DNA from: the human T2T-CHM13v2.0 reference genome, Homo sapiens
Strand: one strand, 5' to 3'
NCBI RefSeq assembly: GCF_009914755.1
Contig: NC_060934.1
DNA length: 64,000 nt
Shown: positions 43,082 to 58,620 of the stretch, in pieces
Layout of the letters: the number at the start of each line of letters is the position of its first letter
Numbering within the stretch: the stretch's first letter is position 1
Notes under the pieces: generated by a model
Told to the model about the DNA's origin: nothing
Databases searched by the model: none
Seen by the model: only the letters and a program-made list of their open reading frames with translations
Translations under genes and position numbers: made by a program

Positions 43082-43985
43082 TACGGTGGTGTCTTAGTTC
43101 ATTATGTGTTGCTAAAAAGGAGTATCTGAGGCTGAGTAATTTATTTTTTTTAAAAAAGTTTATTTGACTCATGATTCTGAAGGCTTGAAAGTTCAAGACT
43201 GGGCATCTGCATCTGGTGAAGGCCTCAGGTTGCTTCCACTTATGGCAGAAGGTGAAGGGGAGCTTGCATAGGCAGAAATCACATGGTGAAAGAGGAAGCA
43301 TGAGAGAGGGGGAGGTGCCAGGCTCTTTTTAACAACTAGCTCTAATGGAAACTAATAGAGTGAGGAAGGGCATTAATCTATTCATGAGAGATCTGCCTCC
43401 ATGATCCAAATACTTCCTATTAGGTCCCACCTCCAACACTAAGGATCAAATTTCATATGAAGTTTAAAGGGGAAAAAACACCGAAACCATAGCAGGTGGT
43501 TTTAAAATATGCACATCAATTATTTGATGCACCTCCCTTCAAGAGTGGAGCTTAATTTTCTTCCGTGTGTGTGTGAGCTGTATTTAGTCACTTGCTACCA
43601 ATGAAGAGAATATGGAGGAATTGTATGATTTTCAAGCCTAGGTGATAAAAGGTATCACTCACTCTGGGAAAAGCCAGCTGGCCTATCAAAAGGATATTTC
43701 ACAAACCCCATGGGGAGACCCATGTGACAAAGGACTGGGGCCTCCTGCCAACAACCATGTGAATGAGCCATCTTGGAAGCAGATCTTCCAGTCCCAGTCA
43801 ACACTTCACATAAACACAGCCCCAGTCAATGTCTTGACAGCAACTTCCTGAGAGATCCTGACCCAGAACCAGAGCTAAGTTGCTTCAGAATTCCTATCTC
43901 ACAGAAACTGTGAGATAATAAATATGTTATTTGAAGTTACTAAGTTTCAGTGCAATCTGTTACATTGCAATAGATAACCAATACA
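43082..43985 (+). mobile_element. MLT1F-like solo LTR, interrupted 8 bp from its 5' end by MSTB
   Basis: Reconstructed start tacggtgg|ttttaaaatatg; 'cctcccttcaagagtggag'; 'cagaaactgtgagataataaat'; ends 'atagataaccaataca'. Confidence 0.85.
43090..43494 (-). mobile_element. MSTB-like solo LTR (ERVL-MaLR)
   Basis: 'tgtcttagttcatt' ... 'gcatctggtgaaggcctcagg' ... 'aaaccatagca'; perfect 5-bp TSD ggtgg at 43085-43089 and 43495-43499. Confidence 0.92.
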
Positions 43986-46900
43986 GAGGGGCAAGAAACA
44001 GAGGGAGGAAGATAACAAAAGGTCAAGATTATGTGATTCAATGATGCATTAGAGTTTGGGCAATCCTGAACACCCAGGGGATACCCGTGTGGTAGTAGGC
44101 AAGTCATAAGATATGAGAAGGGGTTGGGGTAAAGTAAGAGCAAGGAGGGTCATAAGTTATTTACAATAGCTCTTTTGCAAAGGAAAGAAATACTGATTTG
44201 AGGGTAAATTCATTTTCCCAGGTTATTACATAGCTTGACAGCACTGTATGTGATGTATCAAAGGGCACCCAAGAACCTGAAGCAATAATGCATCATCCAA
44301 AGTCAAGTAATTTACAATTTACTCACTGGCAAGATGAGACTACTGTATCAGAGAGAATCAAAAGACATCCCTCATCGTGTGGAAAGATAAGTCAGGAAAG
44401 TCAAAATCATTTGCAGCAAAGCTTGTTTCTGTAATAGTTGTGGATTCAGAAGTAGTCTTATTTGGACATATGATATTCAGCAGGACTTTTAAAGTCCTTT
44501 TGCTATTTTACATAGTTCAATAAGGTTTTTTGTGAGAGTATGATGTTATTAATATGGACTGTATTAATGTGAGGCTAAGAGTTATATGTAATATCCCTTT
44601 GCCTATTTATCTTACATCAAAATGGTATTTATATCTTAATGAGCAACCATATCCTCCTGCAGATATAGATCTTTGAGATTCCATTATTCGCTCTTCCTTA
44701 TTTAGGGTTTCAGTTAGGGAATGTCCAGATTCAGAACTCAAGTCCCCACTGAATTCCATATACCATGCTCTAATGAGTCTGTTAGAGAAACACTGGGAAG
44801 ATAATAGGATATACTACCTTTATTCTTACCAGTAAATCACCTCCCCAGGTAACTGTTCTTACAATAAAACTACCAGCTGGGTGGCAAGTCTCTAGACCAA
44901 GATAAGGTTGTATTTTAGCCCTCTTGTGCATTCAGTACATATCTTAAAAATCATAAGAAAGATGAAAAATAAAATAAACTCCTGCTGAATAAAGGATAAT
45001 AGAAAGAAAAATAAGAAAATAATTTGAGAAAATTCTTTGTAACACACCTCTGGCATTGCAGTTAATGCTATAAAAGGCCTTTGTTTCTTTAAGAAAATGA
45101 ATTTATCACACCAGTTACTGATAATCCAATCTCTGCCCAACTGGATAACTGACCAACCAACTTTCTTCATTTGATAATTATTTGTAAAATATCCCCTTTC
45201 AAAAATGTATAGAAATGTCTATGTCAGGACTTCCCAAAATGGTTCCCTTTGTTGCAATATTTTCCTTACTGCCGCCATAACCTCATAGCCTCTAAGTCCT
45301 TTTGCCAAGAACCAAAGGAGAGAAGAGAAAGGGATAAAAATGGGTTTAAAAGTAGGATTAGAGTGGCAAATGAGAGAAAAATTAGTAAAATAAATAAATA
45401 GGAGTGCCATAAATTTTGGAGAATGCTCTGGAATCATTTTTCAATAACCCTGTGACTGGGGTCCTGAGCCCACTTATAAGCTCAACAGACCTGGTCTCTT
45501 ATTGCGAGAAACCCATTTGTGACCTCAGGCAGGATAGACTAAAGAAGCTCTGGCTCCATGATCTGTGACTGAGCATGAAATCAACCTAATGGTCCTGTGG
45601 TTTTGTATTCAGGTATCTTCACTCTGTCTCCAATCCCAATGTCTGCCTTCATCACATCCCTGATACTGGGACCCTTATGTTGAACTGCATGCTTTAGACC
45701 CTCAGAAACAGGGTACTCCCTCATTCTGCCTACATGCTTACCTCCAAGGACTCATAAAGTTCTGCTTTTCACTGTTATCTGCTCATAGATTTTCCATCGA
45801 CATGTTATGAATTCTACCTCCAGGACCATCTAATTCACTGTTCTGCCAACATCCTCAGCCAATCAATAGCCTTAACAAGTGCTAGTTGACAGGAGCTAGA
45901 TTTTTCCAGAAAGGCTGGAATTCTGTCTCATGTCTAATCCCATTCCATACCTGCATCCCGTTTCCTGAATTCCAGTTCTTACCCCACTTCAGACTGGCCC
46001 ATTTCATTGTTATTACGTCAGAACATGTCCTGAGATACACCATTTTCCTTACTCAGTGTGAAGCAACAGAATTAAATGCAAGGCTTACATTTCTCAGAAT
46101 ATAAATGGAGAAAAGCTTTTTTTTCTTCAGTCCATCAAACTCCAAATCAATCCTGAGGCCAATTTGTTTGTCTTTATTAGAAAAATGGTACTGTTTTAAA
46201 GGGAGAGATTTTGATTGACTGATTGATTTACCAGTCTCAAACTAATGTTGAGTTGTAAATAGCAATGGCATTTCTAAGAACTGTGCTGTATCTTCAAACA
46301 TGAGGTGATGGATGTCTGTGGAGTTTCATCACACCAGGAGAGCTGTCACACCACTTGCTTCATTCTATATGCTCTACTGGTTTGCTAGTTAACAGTTATA
46401 CAATATATATTTGCTCACTCTCCATGCAAACAGATAAAGACTAACAATTAGGAGCTCATTATTATTTGGGAAAAAATCCTTAGCAACTCAGCAATATACA
46501 CTTTAAAACAAACTGGTATCCAAAAGATGAATGATGCTCTCACTCTTTCTCAGTAGTAATGCCCTCTTTCTTTGAGTATGTGATTCAGTTTCAAAATATC
46601 ACTAGCCTACTAACTCTTTATGCTAAAAGAAAAAGTCTAGTATTAGAGAAGAAAAACAATGAAAAAATGAAGTTTCATGATTACTTTTGTTAAACTCTTA
46701 CGTAATTATTTTCTTATCTGCAAAGCAAGAGTGAATGTCAGTTGCAGGAAAAAAAAAATGTGTCCAAAACTTTCTCCAACCTTAACAATTCATCAGGGCC
46801 AATGTAGTACCCGAGAACTAGAGACCAACAGCCCAAACAGATAGGAGTGAGTAAAGTTATTACTATCATACTTGTCAGACTGAATCTTTTGTCTATAGCT

Positions 46901-47137
46901 TCTGTCATCCCCAAATCTTTGTAACTTCAACTCCCTGAATCCCTATGGGTTTAATCTGACTTACTTTTAGAACCATCCCTAACTAAGTCAGCTGTCATGC
47001 ACAGAACCAGAGGAAAAGATCCTAGGAGGAAGGCCCAGGAAATGCAAATTCTCTGAGGTAGTGGAGTGCTTTGCAGATTTGAGGACAGGAAGGAGGTTAC
47101 TCTCCCTGGAGGCTGGAGTTCAAGGTTACGTGAGATG

Positions 47138-47715
47138 TGTGCTAGGCAGAATAACAGCCCTCCAGAGATGCTCATGTCTGCAGGAATCTTTAAATTCATA
47201 CCAAAAGGACTGTGCAGATGTGACTAATGGTATAGACACAAAGAGAGAAAATTACCCTGGGTTATATAGAGGGCCCATTTTGATCATGGGAGTTCTTAAA
47301 AGTGGAGACGCTTCCCAGGCTGTGGTCAGAGAAAGATGTGACTATAGAAGAGTGGTCAGAGAGGCAACAGCCTGAAGTGTATAAGATGGCTTATTGCTGG
47401 TTCTGAGCTGTAGTGGCCCATGTGCAAGGACTAGATAAAGGCCTCAAGAAGCTGAGAGTGGCCTGGATGTCACCCAGCAAGGAAATAAAGACATCAGTCC
47501 CACAACCACTTGGAACTGAATTCTGTAAACACTTTAAGAGTAAGGAAACAGATTCTCCCCTGGAACCTCCAGAAAGGAAGCCAGCCCTCCTGACACATTG
47601 ATTCTAGCCTAGTGATGTCCATGCTGAACTTCTGACATACCGAACTATGAGAAAATAAATGTGTGTTGTTTTAAGCCACTAGGTTGTGGTAATTTGTTAT
47701 AGCAACAAGACACAC
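47138..47715 (+). mobile_element. MLT1D/E-like solo LTR (ERVL-MaLR)
   Basis: 'tgtgctaggcagaataa' start, 'ggaaacagattctcccctggaacctccagaaagg', 'aaaataaatgtgtgttgttttaagccact'. Confidence 0.85.
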
Positions 47716-47850
47716 CTAGATGACTAAGCTATACAGGTACCAGATCATGCAGGCCTTTCAGGTCATGGTAGTTTTTCATTTTTTTTTTTAAGCAATGGGG
47801 AAAAATAACAAATATTAAGGAGGAAAATGATTTTCCTAAAAGATTACTGT

Positions 47851-48792
47851 GGAAAAGATGCTTCACAACCTCATAGAGAAATGCAAATTAAAACAAGATA
47901 CCACTACACACCTATTAGAATGGTTAAAATCCAAAACACTATAACACCAAATGCTGGCAAGGATATGAAACAACAGGAACTCTCATTCATTGCTGCTGGG
48001 GATACAAAATGGTACAGCCACTTTGGAGAACAGTTTGACACTTTAACGAAATTATACATACTCTCACCATACAATCCAGCTACTGCGATCCTTGGTATTT
48101 GCCCCAAAGGAGTTGAAAACTTATGTCTACACTAAAACCTACACACGGATGTGTATAGCAACTTCATTTATACTTGCCAAAATCTGGAAGCAACCAAGCT
48201 GTCCTTCACTTAGCAAATAGATAAATAAACTGGGGTATATCCAGACAATGGAATATTATTCAGTGCTAAATGAAATGAGCTATCCAGCCATGAAAAGACA
48301 TGGAAGAAACTTAAATGCATATTACTAAGTGAAAGAAGGCAACCTGAAAAGGCTTCATACTGTATGATTCCAACTATAACGTTCTTGGAAATACAAAATT
48401 ATGAAGGCAGTAAAACTATAAATACATCCAGCAGATGCCAGAGCTTGGGTAGGAGAGAGGGATGAATAGGTGGGACACAGAAGATTCTTAGAGCAGTAAC
48501 ACTACTCGGTATGATACTGTAATGGTAGATACATGTCATTGTAAATTTGTCCAAACCCACAGAGTGTACAACACCAGGAGTTACTACTAATGTAAACTGT
48601 GGGCTCTGGGTGATATGTCAATATAGGTTCAGCAATTGTAACAAGTGTACCACTCTGGTAGGGATGTTGGCAATGGGGGAGGCTGTGCCTATGTGAGTGC
48701 AGTGTGTATGTGGTAAATCTATCTTCCATTCGATTTTGCTGTGAACTTATAATTAATCTAAAAAATAAAGTCTATTAAAAAAAGAAAAAAAG
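47851..48792 (+). mobile_element. L1MC1/2-like 3' end
   Basis: ORF2 C-terminal remnant (REMQIKTRYHYTPIRM); 3'UTR 'gagctatccagccatgaaaagacatggaagaaacttaaatgcatattactaagtgaaagaag'; ends 'aaaataaagtctatt' plus A-tail. Confidence 0.9.
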
Positions 48793-48799
48793 ATGACCG

Positions 48800-50130
<1,331 letters not shown>

Positions 50131-53100
50131 AGAAGGAGCAGGGGCAGGATAAGAGCCATTTGTGTGCCCCACCCACCTCAATTCTAGAAGAGACCTCTGG
50201 CCAGTCCCCAGGCTCATCTCCAACCTAAGGTATAGTTCATATTAAAACTCCAACCCTTCCCCTCCCATCTTTTCCTCATGGACTTGTGAGTGGAAGTATT
50301 ACCATATCTCCAATCCAAATCTTAGGACCAGATAAGAATAATTCTGGTAAGCTATTTACCCCACTGTAATCAGTATTTCTATTTGAGCTTTTATTTCAAT
50401 TGTGCATCAAAGATGTTAATATAGAGACCATTATGTAGAAACAAATATATTTTACTTTATTTTTACATATTAAGGTGAATCATACAGCTTGGAAGACATT
50501 GAAAAGATGAAGGGAAATTGAAAGAAATGCAGGTTAGGCATTTCCGTAGAAATCAGTCTAAGTCAATTTAAGTTCATGATGAGGGTCTGATAGCTCTCAT
50601 AAAGCAACTCTCACTATGGAAGGCCTCATTCAAAGAAAGTCAAACTTTTACACAAATTTCTAAAACAGAATTTTGAAGGATATTTTGATTATATCATTCA
50701 TCATTTTTAATCACATTCTGAAAAACTTCAAACTTTGTCTTCACTGTAAGGATAATCAGTCAATTTGTTTTATCCTAAAAAAACTAGCCATTTCCCTTGT
50801 AGATGTCATAAGCTGCTTCTGTACCTTTTCCATGATTTCATTTTATTTTCTTGTATGTAGATTTCAGAGAAAGTTCTCACTTTCTGAAACAGTGAAAGCA
50901 AGAAAGAAAGAGAGGGAAAGATAAGTTGGAAACGAGAGAATGAGAGAGACTTTTTAAAACTACGGAATGTTTTACAAATGTAGAGTGTGATTGTATGTAT
51001 ATAAAGCTTAGCCTAAGTCACCACTCAAATAAAGAAGTTACCATTCCTGTACCATTCCTGTCTGGGCTAGAAATCTCTTAATGCCTATTTTCTGAAATTT
51101 AACAAATCAAGGAATCACAAGGCACCATAAGTTCAGATAAGGGAAAAAACACTAGACTGGATATCTAGAAGCCGCATTTTAGTCTGCCATTGCCAAACAT
51201 GTAACCTTGTGCAAATCACTTTACCTGTCTTATTTATACTGATCTATGGTTTTGCCTATTGTATAATAATCACTAAATAAAAAACCAAAACAAAAATGTT
51301 AAAATTATTAAAATTTTAGACACTTATTCTGAAAACAGAAATAACCATAATTCCTTTACATCTTTTATTTAAAAGCTGAGAACACCTATATAAGAAAGGA
51401 GAAGGAAAGCTTTAAGTACAATGGCAACTAAAATGGCGGCACAAACAAAACGAAATTGCCTCCAAAACACTGAACTTTTAATTACGGACGATGTCAAAAT
51501 GCAATGTGTTCCTTTAGCTTCATTATTTTGAATCTGTTTCTTGTTTCCCAATAAACTGAATAAATAAACAGTGATTTTTAAAATTAATTATGTAGTGCAA
51601 TTTCCCTCCCGGAAAACCAATATAGCTTAATTTTCATTAACTATATTGTAAATCGCATTACTCTTTTGGAAAACGTTCAAGGATGCTTTTATTTATAAAC
51701 CAATAGATGAGAACTATAATGCATTTATAGTAAGTCTGGACACTTTTACAGGGGGCTTCCTATTTGAAATAACCAAGAAGTAGAATTCAACAATGATATT
51801 TTTCCTTCTAAACTTTTTAAAGTGAAAAAATCCAATATATTCTTGAAGTCAGAAATAGTGGCATCCAGGGTTAAACTTCAGCATTCATGATGCTAATTAG
51901 CTAGCCATGACTGTATGTATAATGAAGATATTAAGCTTTCTCTAAGAACACTGCAACTTGAAATTCAAATAACTAACGTTATGGAATAATTGCGAAATAT
52001 GATCAACTGATTTAAACACTACGAAAATGTAGCACAATTCCCTTTCAAGAGGAAGAACAAGTATATTCTATAGACAAATGCCAAAATCAGAATTAGCACA
52101 TAGTCAAGAAAGAAGGTGACTAAGAGTACACTGGTAACCATTTTGAATAAATCACTTTAAAACTAGTCACAGTGTGAATGAGCATAATTATATGGCTCTC
52201 AACTCTGCTCATGTTTTTCTCTTTCACTTGCAAATCCCCTCAACTGTCATGTTTAGTTGTCTCTTTGAGATGTTACTATACATGGTAACAGATGAATCTG
52301 CTCTTCTGTGAGTTTTATATTTATAAATGATCTTAGCTCACGAAGCCATGGCATTAAATTTACATTAGAAAAGGTTTGACCCTTGGGTCCGTGCATGCAG
52401 TTCTCTGTTGCAGAAAAGCATTACAAAGCTCTCTATAGGGAGATCTGAAAAGACATCAAAAATATTTTGAAATGCAGAAAGCAGCCAAGATGCCCTATAC
52501 CTTTTCATTGCTTGCACTGATTAACCGCTTACATAAAAGAATAACTAAATAAACTAACAAGTGATCCCCAGAGAGAAGCTGTCTTAACAAGAATGTTTAA
52601 TTTTGGCCCTCTGAGTTCTTCTAGAAGGATCTAAATAATTATGTGTAATGTCTCTAACAACCAGAGAATTGCCAATAAAAGAAATTCAATAAACTCAGTC
52701 TAAAGCATAGATTAAGGTACAAACTTTCTAGGGGAGACAGGCCAAGAGAATATTGTAAACAACAGAATTTCAAAAAAAAAAAACCCATTTAATTACAGTG
52801 ACTTGCACTTACTAGCTACTTATGAGTGTTGATGACAAAGACTAAGAAAAGTAAGATTTACAAGATAAGATTAGAGAATTGTTTACTCTGTCCAGCAAAT
52901 CAATGGGGGGAAAATATGAGGGAAACCTAATGTACTCAAATTCAATGCAAGATGAATCTTTTCAGTACTGAATGAAATACTCAAATTATTCTGGCTACAT
53001 ACTAAGTCCTTTTGATTTGTCGTGGATACTACCTAAAAGAACACAGATAATCAAGACTGAGTCCAAGGAAGTCCTTCTGCCAGAGGTCAGCAGAAAAAGT

Positions 53101-54794
53101 TTACAAGTTCTTTGCAATAGCAGCACAATTTTTCTCATCCTTATGTTTTTTGTATCTAATGCTGTAAGAAAAGCAATAGGTGTTTAATATATGTATTTTT
53201 AAAATTTTCTGAATCAACTGGTATCATCTACAAATTTATTTTTGGAGAATAAATCATAACAGAAAGAAAAAAGTTATTGCATGTTACCTTAAATCATGTG
53301 TCTAACAAAATATATACAAATAAAACAAAAATATTAATTAGGTGTTTATCCATGAATTTATTAGATGGTGTCACATGTTCTCAAAACAACTTCAGAAGTA
53401 ATTTATACACGTTAATTTTTATAATTAAAAAAAAGAAAGCTGAGTTGCAGAGATGGTTAATAACTTGAGCAGAGTTTTACAGGTAAAGGAGTTTGAACAG
53501 AACTCATGACAGGGAACAATACCGGAAACCATATTCTATCCACTTTATCACTCTAAAGTCTATCCAGAACTCTGATTTTCTGTTTCTTTAAGTTGCTTGT
53601 TCTTATGTCTTCTTATATAAGCCTTTATTTTACAAGCTTCCCTCTCTCTTCCTTTCTCTTAAATATGTCAAAATGTTACAAAATATCTGACTCAAGCTTG
53701 TTTCTTCATTGAGAAGATTTTAAAAGTTATCTAAAAGACAAAAGAAAGAACTTAAAGATATAAAATAAGGGCAACTTAATATAGTATAAACAAAATATTT
53801 TTGTAACCGGATGTTAAAAAAATAATAAAACATTTTAGTATAGGAGTCTATATACTTACTGAAAAATTAATTTTCTTATTCCTCATATTTGTGTGAATGT
53901 ATATTTTAATTAAGACATTTGCAATTATATTTCTGATAATACGTATCACTGATTACATTGTAGATTTTTTCAAAGCACAACAAGCTCAACAAAGAAAGGA
54001 AAGACATAGAACTATGCAGTTTGGGCTTTATTTATGCATAATTAAAACCAATTAGCTGTGGCACCAAATCAAAAAATCTTGTTTCCCTTGAAGCAAGTCT
54101 TTGTAGATACTAATACTGTAATTTATGTGTATATATAGTAGGCGTTTCATTTGCAAGAAGTTTAGAAAATGATCAGAGCATTTTCAATATTGAAAAATGA
54201 AGAAATTCACAATAAATTATATATATTTATATATAATTGTGCCATTGGCGAGAGCTATAGAGAAAAAGTGAAACAAATAAACAAAAAAAAAAAAAAAAAA
54301 AAAAAGAAAGTGTCCTACTTGGAAATGTAGCCCCTGAAGAAGATGCATCCTCAATTCCATCTTTCACTTCTCTAGAGCATAGAAGGGTCTAGAACTAAAT
54401 ATAATCCTTTCGGAGTGACCTCTGGTTACATTGGGTCTCAAAGTCCCAAAAGCTATGCCCCAATTCTCACACTTTATTGTGTGAGACAGGAGGCATGAAT
54501 TGCAGTCTTTTTGTTACAAACCAGCTGTGTCACTATATCTTGCAAGACTGCAGGTACCTCATCTGTCAAACATTGGGTATCAATGGATCTTCAACCAATG
54601 CCTTTAAGAGTACTCAAACTTTTATGAAGTAGATCAAAAATGGATTATCAGTAAAATCAAGAAAGATTTGTTCATTAAGCGGGAAAATGTTAATATTAAA
54701 AATTTCTTAATATAAAATGTTCTTTCACATATTATCTTCACCTTTATTATCTTTCAGCTTCTTTCTTTCTTTTATATTCCAGGAGAGAGACATG

Positions 54795-55357
<563 letters not shown>

Positions 55358-55869
55358 AATAGTTGCCATAAACAATGCATACAATAGGAACAAGTTTAGC
55401 ACAAGATCTGATATTTATTCTAAAATTCAAAGGTAAATACTGCATGGTGCTCCACAAAGAGTGCCATGACTTTCTTGTGCCTTACAACTGAATATATCCT
55501 TCCTTCTAGGCCTAAATAGCTATAACTCTGTTATTTAAGTAGGCTAATGGACTCTATAAAACAGAATTCATATTTTGTTTCTTTCATATTTCTAGATTAC
55601 ATAACAAGTTTAGGGGGTGTGGTTAGCCAGATGATGGATAATTGGGCCACAGCTTTGTTTGTTTTTGTTTATTTACACTAATAATGATATTTTATTAAAG
55701 GCTGCAAATTTTATGGTGTATCCAACAGGCTGTGTTCTGATATTTAAGAACCTGACTGACAGTAACATGGACTACAGATCATTTCTTAAATAATGCTGGT
55801 AAATAACTGAATGAAGAGTGGTTTTTATAAAACCTAACTCCTGCCTAAAAGGTTCCTTTTTTTCCCTTT

Positions 55870-56315
55870 CTGGGCCAGTGAGAATCTTCCAGGCCACACC
55901 CATAGTACAAGGACTTCACCAGTCACCGCCTTCCTCATCTGTTTCTCTAGCCTCCTCTTGCTAGCGTCCATGCTCTCATTTCATCATCCATGGGACTTCT
56001 TGTATGCCTTTCCCTCTTCCTGAACCTTCCTGTTTCTACCTTTAACCTGGTTAACTTCTGACCATTCTGTAGGAGTCGGCTCAAGGCCTCTCAGTCTTGA
56101 GTTTTGTGTTCCTTGTTGCGCTCCTGCAGTAGCACCCCATGCTCACCTCCATTAGTCCTTACCATTGAGGAGCAATCCTTGCTTTAAGTGAATTCTCTGC
56201 TACTGCATCTGAAGCTCCATTCTGACAGAAGCTGTGGTGTATTAATCTTAGTATCCAAGAACATCACCCCTACTTTTATTGAGTTCTCAGCAAAAGTTTA
56301 TTGAATGAATGAATG
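55870..56315 (+). mobile_element. L2 LINE 3' end
   Basis: Pyrimidine-rich sense L2 body ending 'agtttattgaatgaatgaatgag'. Confidence 0.7.
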
Positions 56316-56369
56316 AGATTACCCATCCTGAATCCTGATAGGTCTCATGCTTAAAATGTCTGCTTTGTG

Positions 56370-57550
56370 TGAAAAAAATGAGAAATATTACTAAATATTG
56401 TTATAATATATTATTCCTATGAAAATAAGCAAAGTGTTTAAGCATATACAGTATGCTACCTTTTATATATATAGGAAAATATAAAGATGTGTGTGTGTAT
56501 GTGTGTACATATATATATTTTAAACCAAAAATTAATAAAAGTGGTGATATCCATGGGAAGAAAAGGGACAAAGTAAAGCAAACAAGATAAGTTACACTTC
56601 TCCAAATGTGCTTTACTTTGAGGTTTTGACTTTGGAAACATGAAAATGTTTCAAATAATTATTAAACAAAATTAATTCAAAGTAAAACAGTAATTCATAA
56701 AAATTAAAAGAAAATTTAAAAAGGGAATATAACTGTGTATGGATTGGTAGTTTAACCAACAACAAATTATTTTAAAAGGCAAAAACCAATAACTTGATTG
56801 TATACTCCTGGTGGGTATTTTCTAAGGACAATGAAAAATGCAAGGAAATCTTAAATCATTTTTATTCATCAAATTGTTAATAATATGAGTTACTCTTAGA
56901 ATACTATTAAATTGTTGCATATATAGAATCATATAAAACTAACACTTTTAGTTTAAGAGAAAAGAGATAAACATATGAATTAAAATTGAAAACAAAAACC
57001 TATAAACTCAAACTTAAATTAGAAGTATAAAAATATCAACATAAACATGCAAAATATTTCTCTTTCAAAACTTCTCTTCAGAAAAGACCTAGAAACAGTG
57101 ACTAAGTGAGAAATGAACATTTCCAGTACCTGGACTGTGGATACAAAAGGAACCAAGGTGCCTTATTGATATGGTTATGTCCTGGTCAGGTCAGAAAATA
57201 TAAGAGAAGAGGCTAATTTGTCCTACCAGAAAGTGAAAATGTGCTAATGACTAGTGGAATCATATCAAAAGGACTCAGGAGCAAAAGTGAAAGAATTCCT
57301 ATTGGCAAATGAGATAAACTGAACATCATAAGGAACAATAACTGCAATGGATTGAAAAATACCAAATATCACAAAATCTATGCAGTCATAATGACATTTA
57401 AAAACAACTCAATGGTCATATCTACGGAATTTTAGAGAACCAATCACTTATCATTAGAGAGAGTAGCTTGCATTATTTCTGCCTTCTCTGTACAAAATGT
57501 GACTCAATATAAATACACACATAATATAGTAAGGTTGTTCTTTGTAGAAT
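56370..57550 (+). mobile_element. L1MC3/4-like 3'UTR fragment
   Basis: 'atacagtatgctacctttt', 'ctcctggtgggtattttctaaggacaa', 'aaaagacctagaaacagtgact'. Confidence 0.6.
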
Positions 57551-57561
57551 CAGGGATTTCA

Positions 57562-58620
57562 GAATAAAAATCCTAAAATTCATATGGAACTACAAAGTAT
57601 CTGTACAGCTAAAGCAATTTTGAGAGAGAAGAACAAAGATTGAGGCATCATATTTCCTGACTTCAAAATATACTACAAAGCTACAATAGTCAAAACAGTA
57701 TGGTGCTGGCAACAAACAAGCAAACAAACAAAAAACAGACAGACCAATGGAACAGAATAGAGCATCCAGAAATAATACCACACACATATACTTAACATGA
57801 GTGCCAAAAAATACACAATGAGGAAAGATAGCATCTTCAACAAATAATGTTGAGGAAACTGGATATCCACATGCAAAGAACAAAACTGGATCCTTACCTC
57901 ACACTAACTTACCACACACTAGACACAAAAATCAACTCAAAATAGATTACAGATTTACATGTAAAATCTGGCAATGTAAAACTCCTAGAAGAAAATATAA
58001 TGGGAAAGTTTCATGACACTGAGCTTGGCAATGGGGCAATGATCTCTTGGATATGATACCAGAAGCTCATGCAACAAAAGCAAAATTAGATGACTGGGAC
58101 TACATCAAGCTTAAAAGCTTCTGCACTGCAAAGAAAACAATAAACAGAATGAAAAGGTAATCTATGGAATGAGAGAAAATATTTACAAATCACATATCTG
58201 ATAAGAGATTAATATCCAAAATATATGAGGAACCCCTACAATTCAACAGCAGAAAACTAAATTATCCAATTAAAAATGGGCAAAGGACTTCAATAGACAT
58301 TTCTTCAAAGAACACATAAACATGGCAAACAGGTTATATCAAACAGTAACTTCACTAACTATAAGGGAAATGCAAATCAAAATTATGAGTTATCGCCACA
58401 CACCTGCTAGGATGGCTATTATAGAAAAATACAACAACAACTCAAATGTCAGCAAAGATATGGAGAACCTGGAACCTTTGTCCACTGTTAATGAGAATGT
58501 AAAATGACACAGCTTTTGTGGAAAACAGTATGGAGTTTCCTCAAAAAATAAAAACAGAATTACCACATGACCAAGCAATCCCACTTCTGGGAATATATTC
58601 AAAAGAACTGAAATCAATAT
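57562..58620 (+). mobile_element. Old L1MA/MB ORF2 3' region, interrupted at 58620 by a younger L1
   Basis: 'atcctaaaattcatatggaac', 'cctgacttcaaaatatactacaaagctaca', 'caagcaatcccacttctgggaatatattcaaaagaactgaaatcaatat', then an abrupt switch. Confidence 0.9.

Noticed and set aside
44180-45850. Possible very old LTR/Gypsy-like remnants
   Set aside because: The texture is suggestive, but I could not match a family with confidence; a Dfam HMM search is needed.
52270-52290. RFX X-box-like gttactatacatggtaac
   Set aside because: The spacer between the half-sites is longer than the RFX consensus allows.
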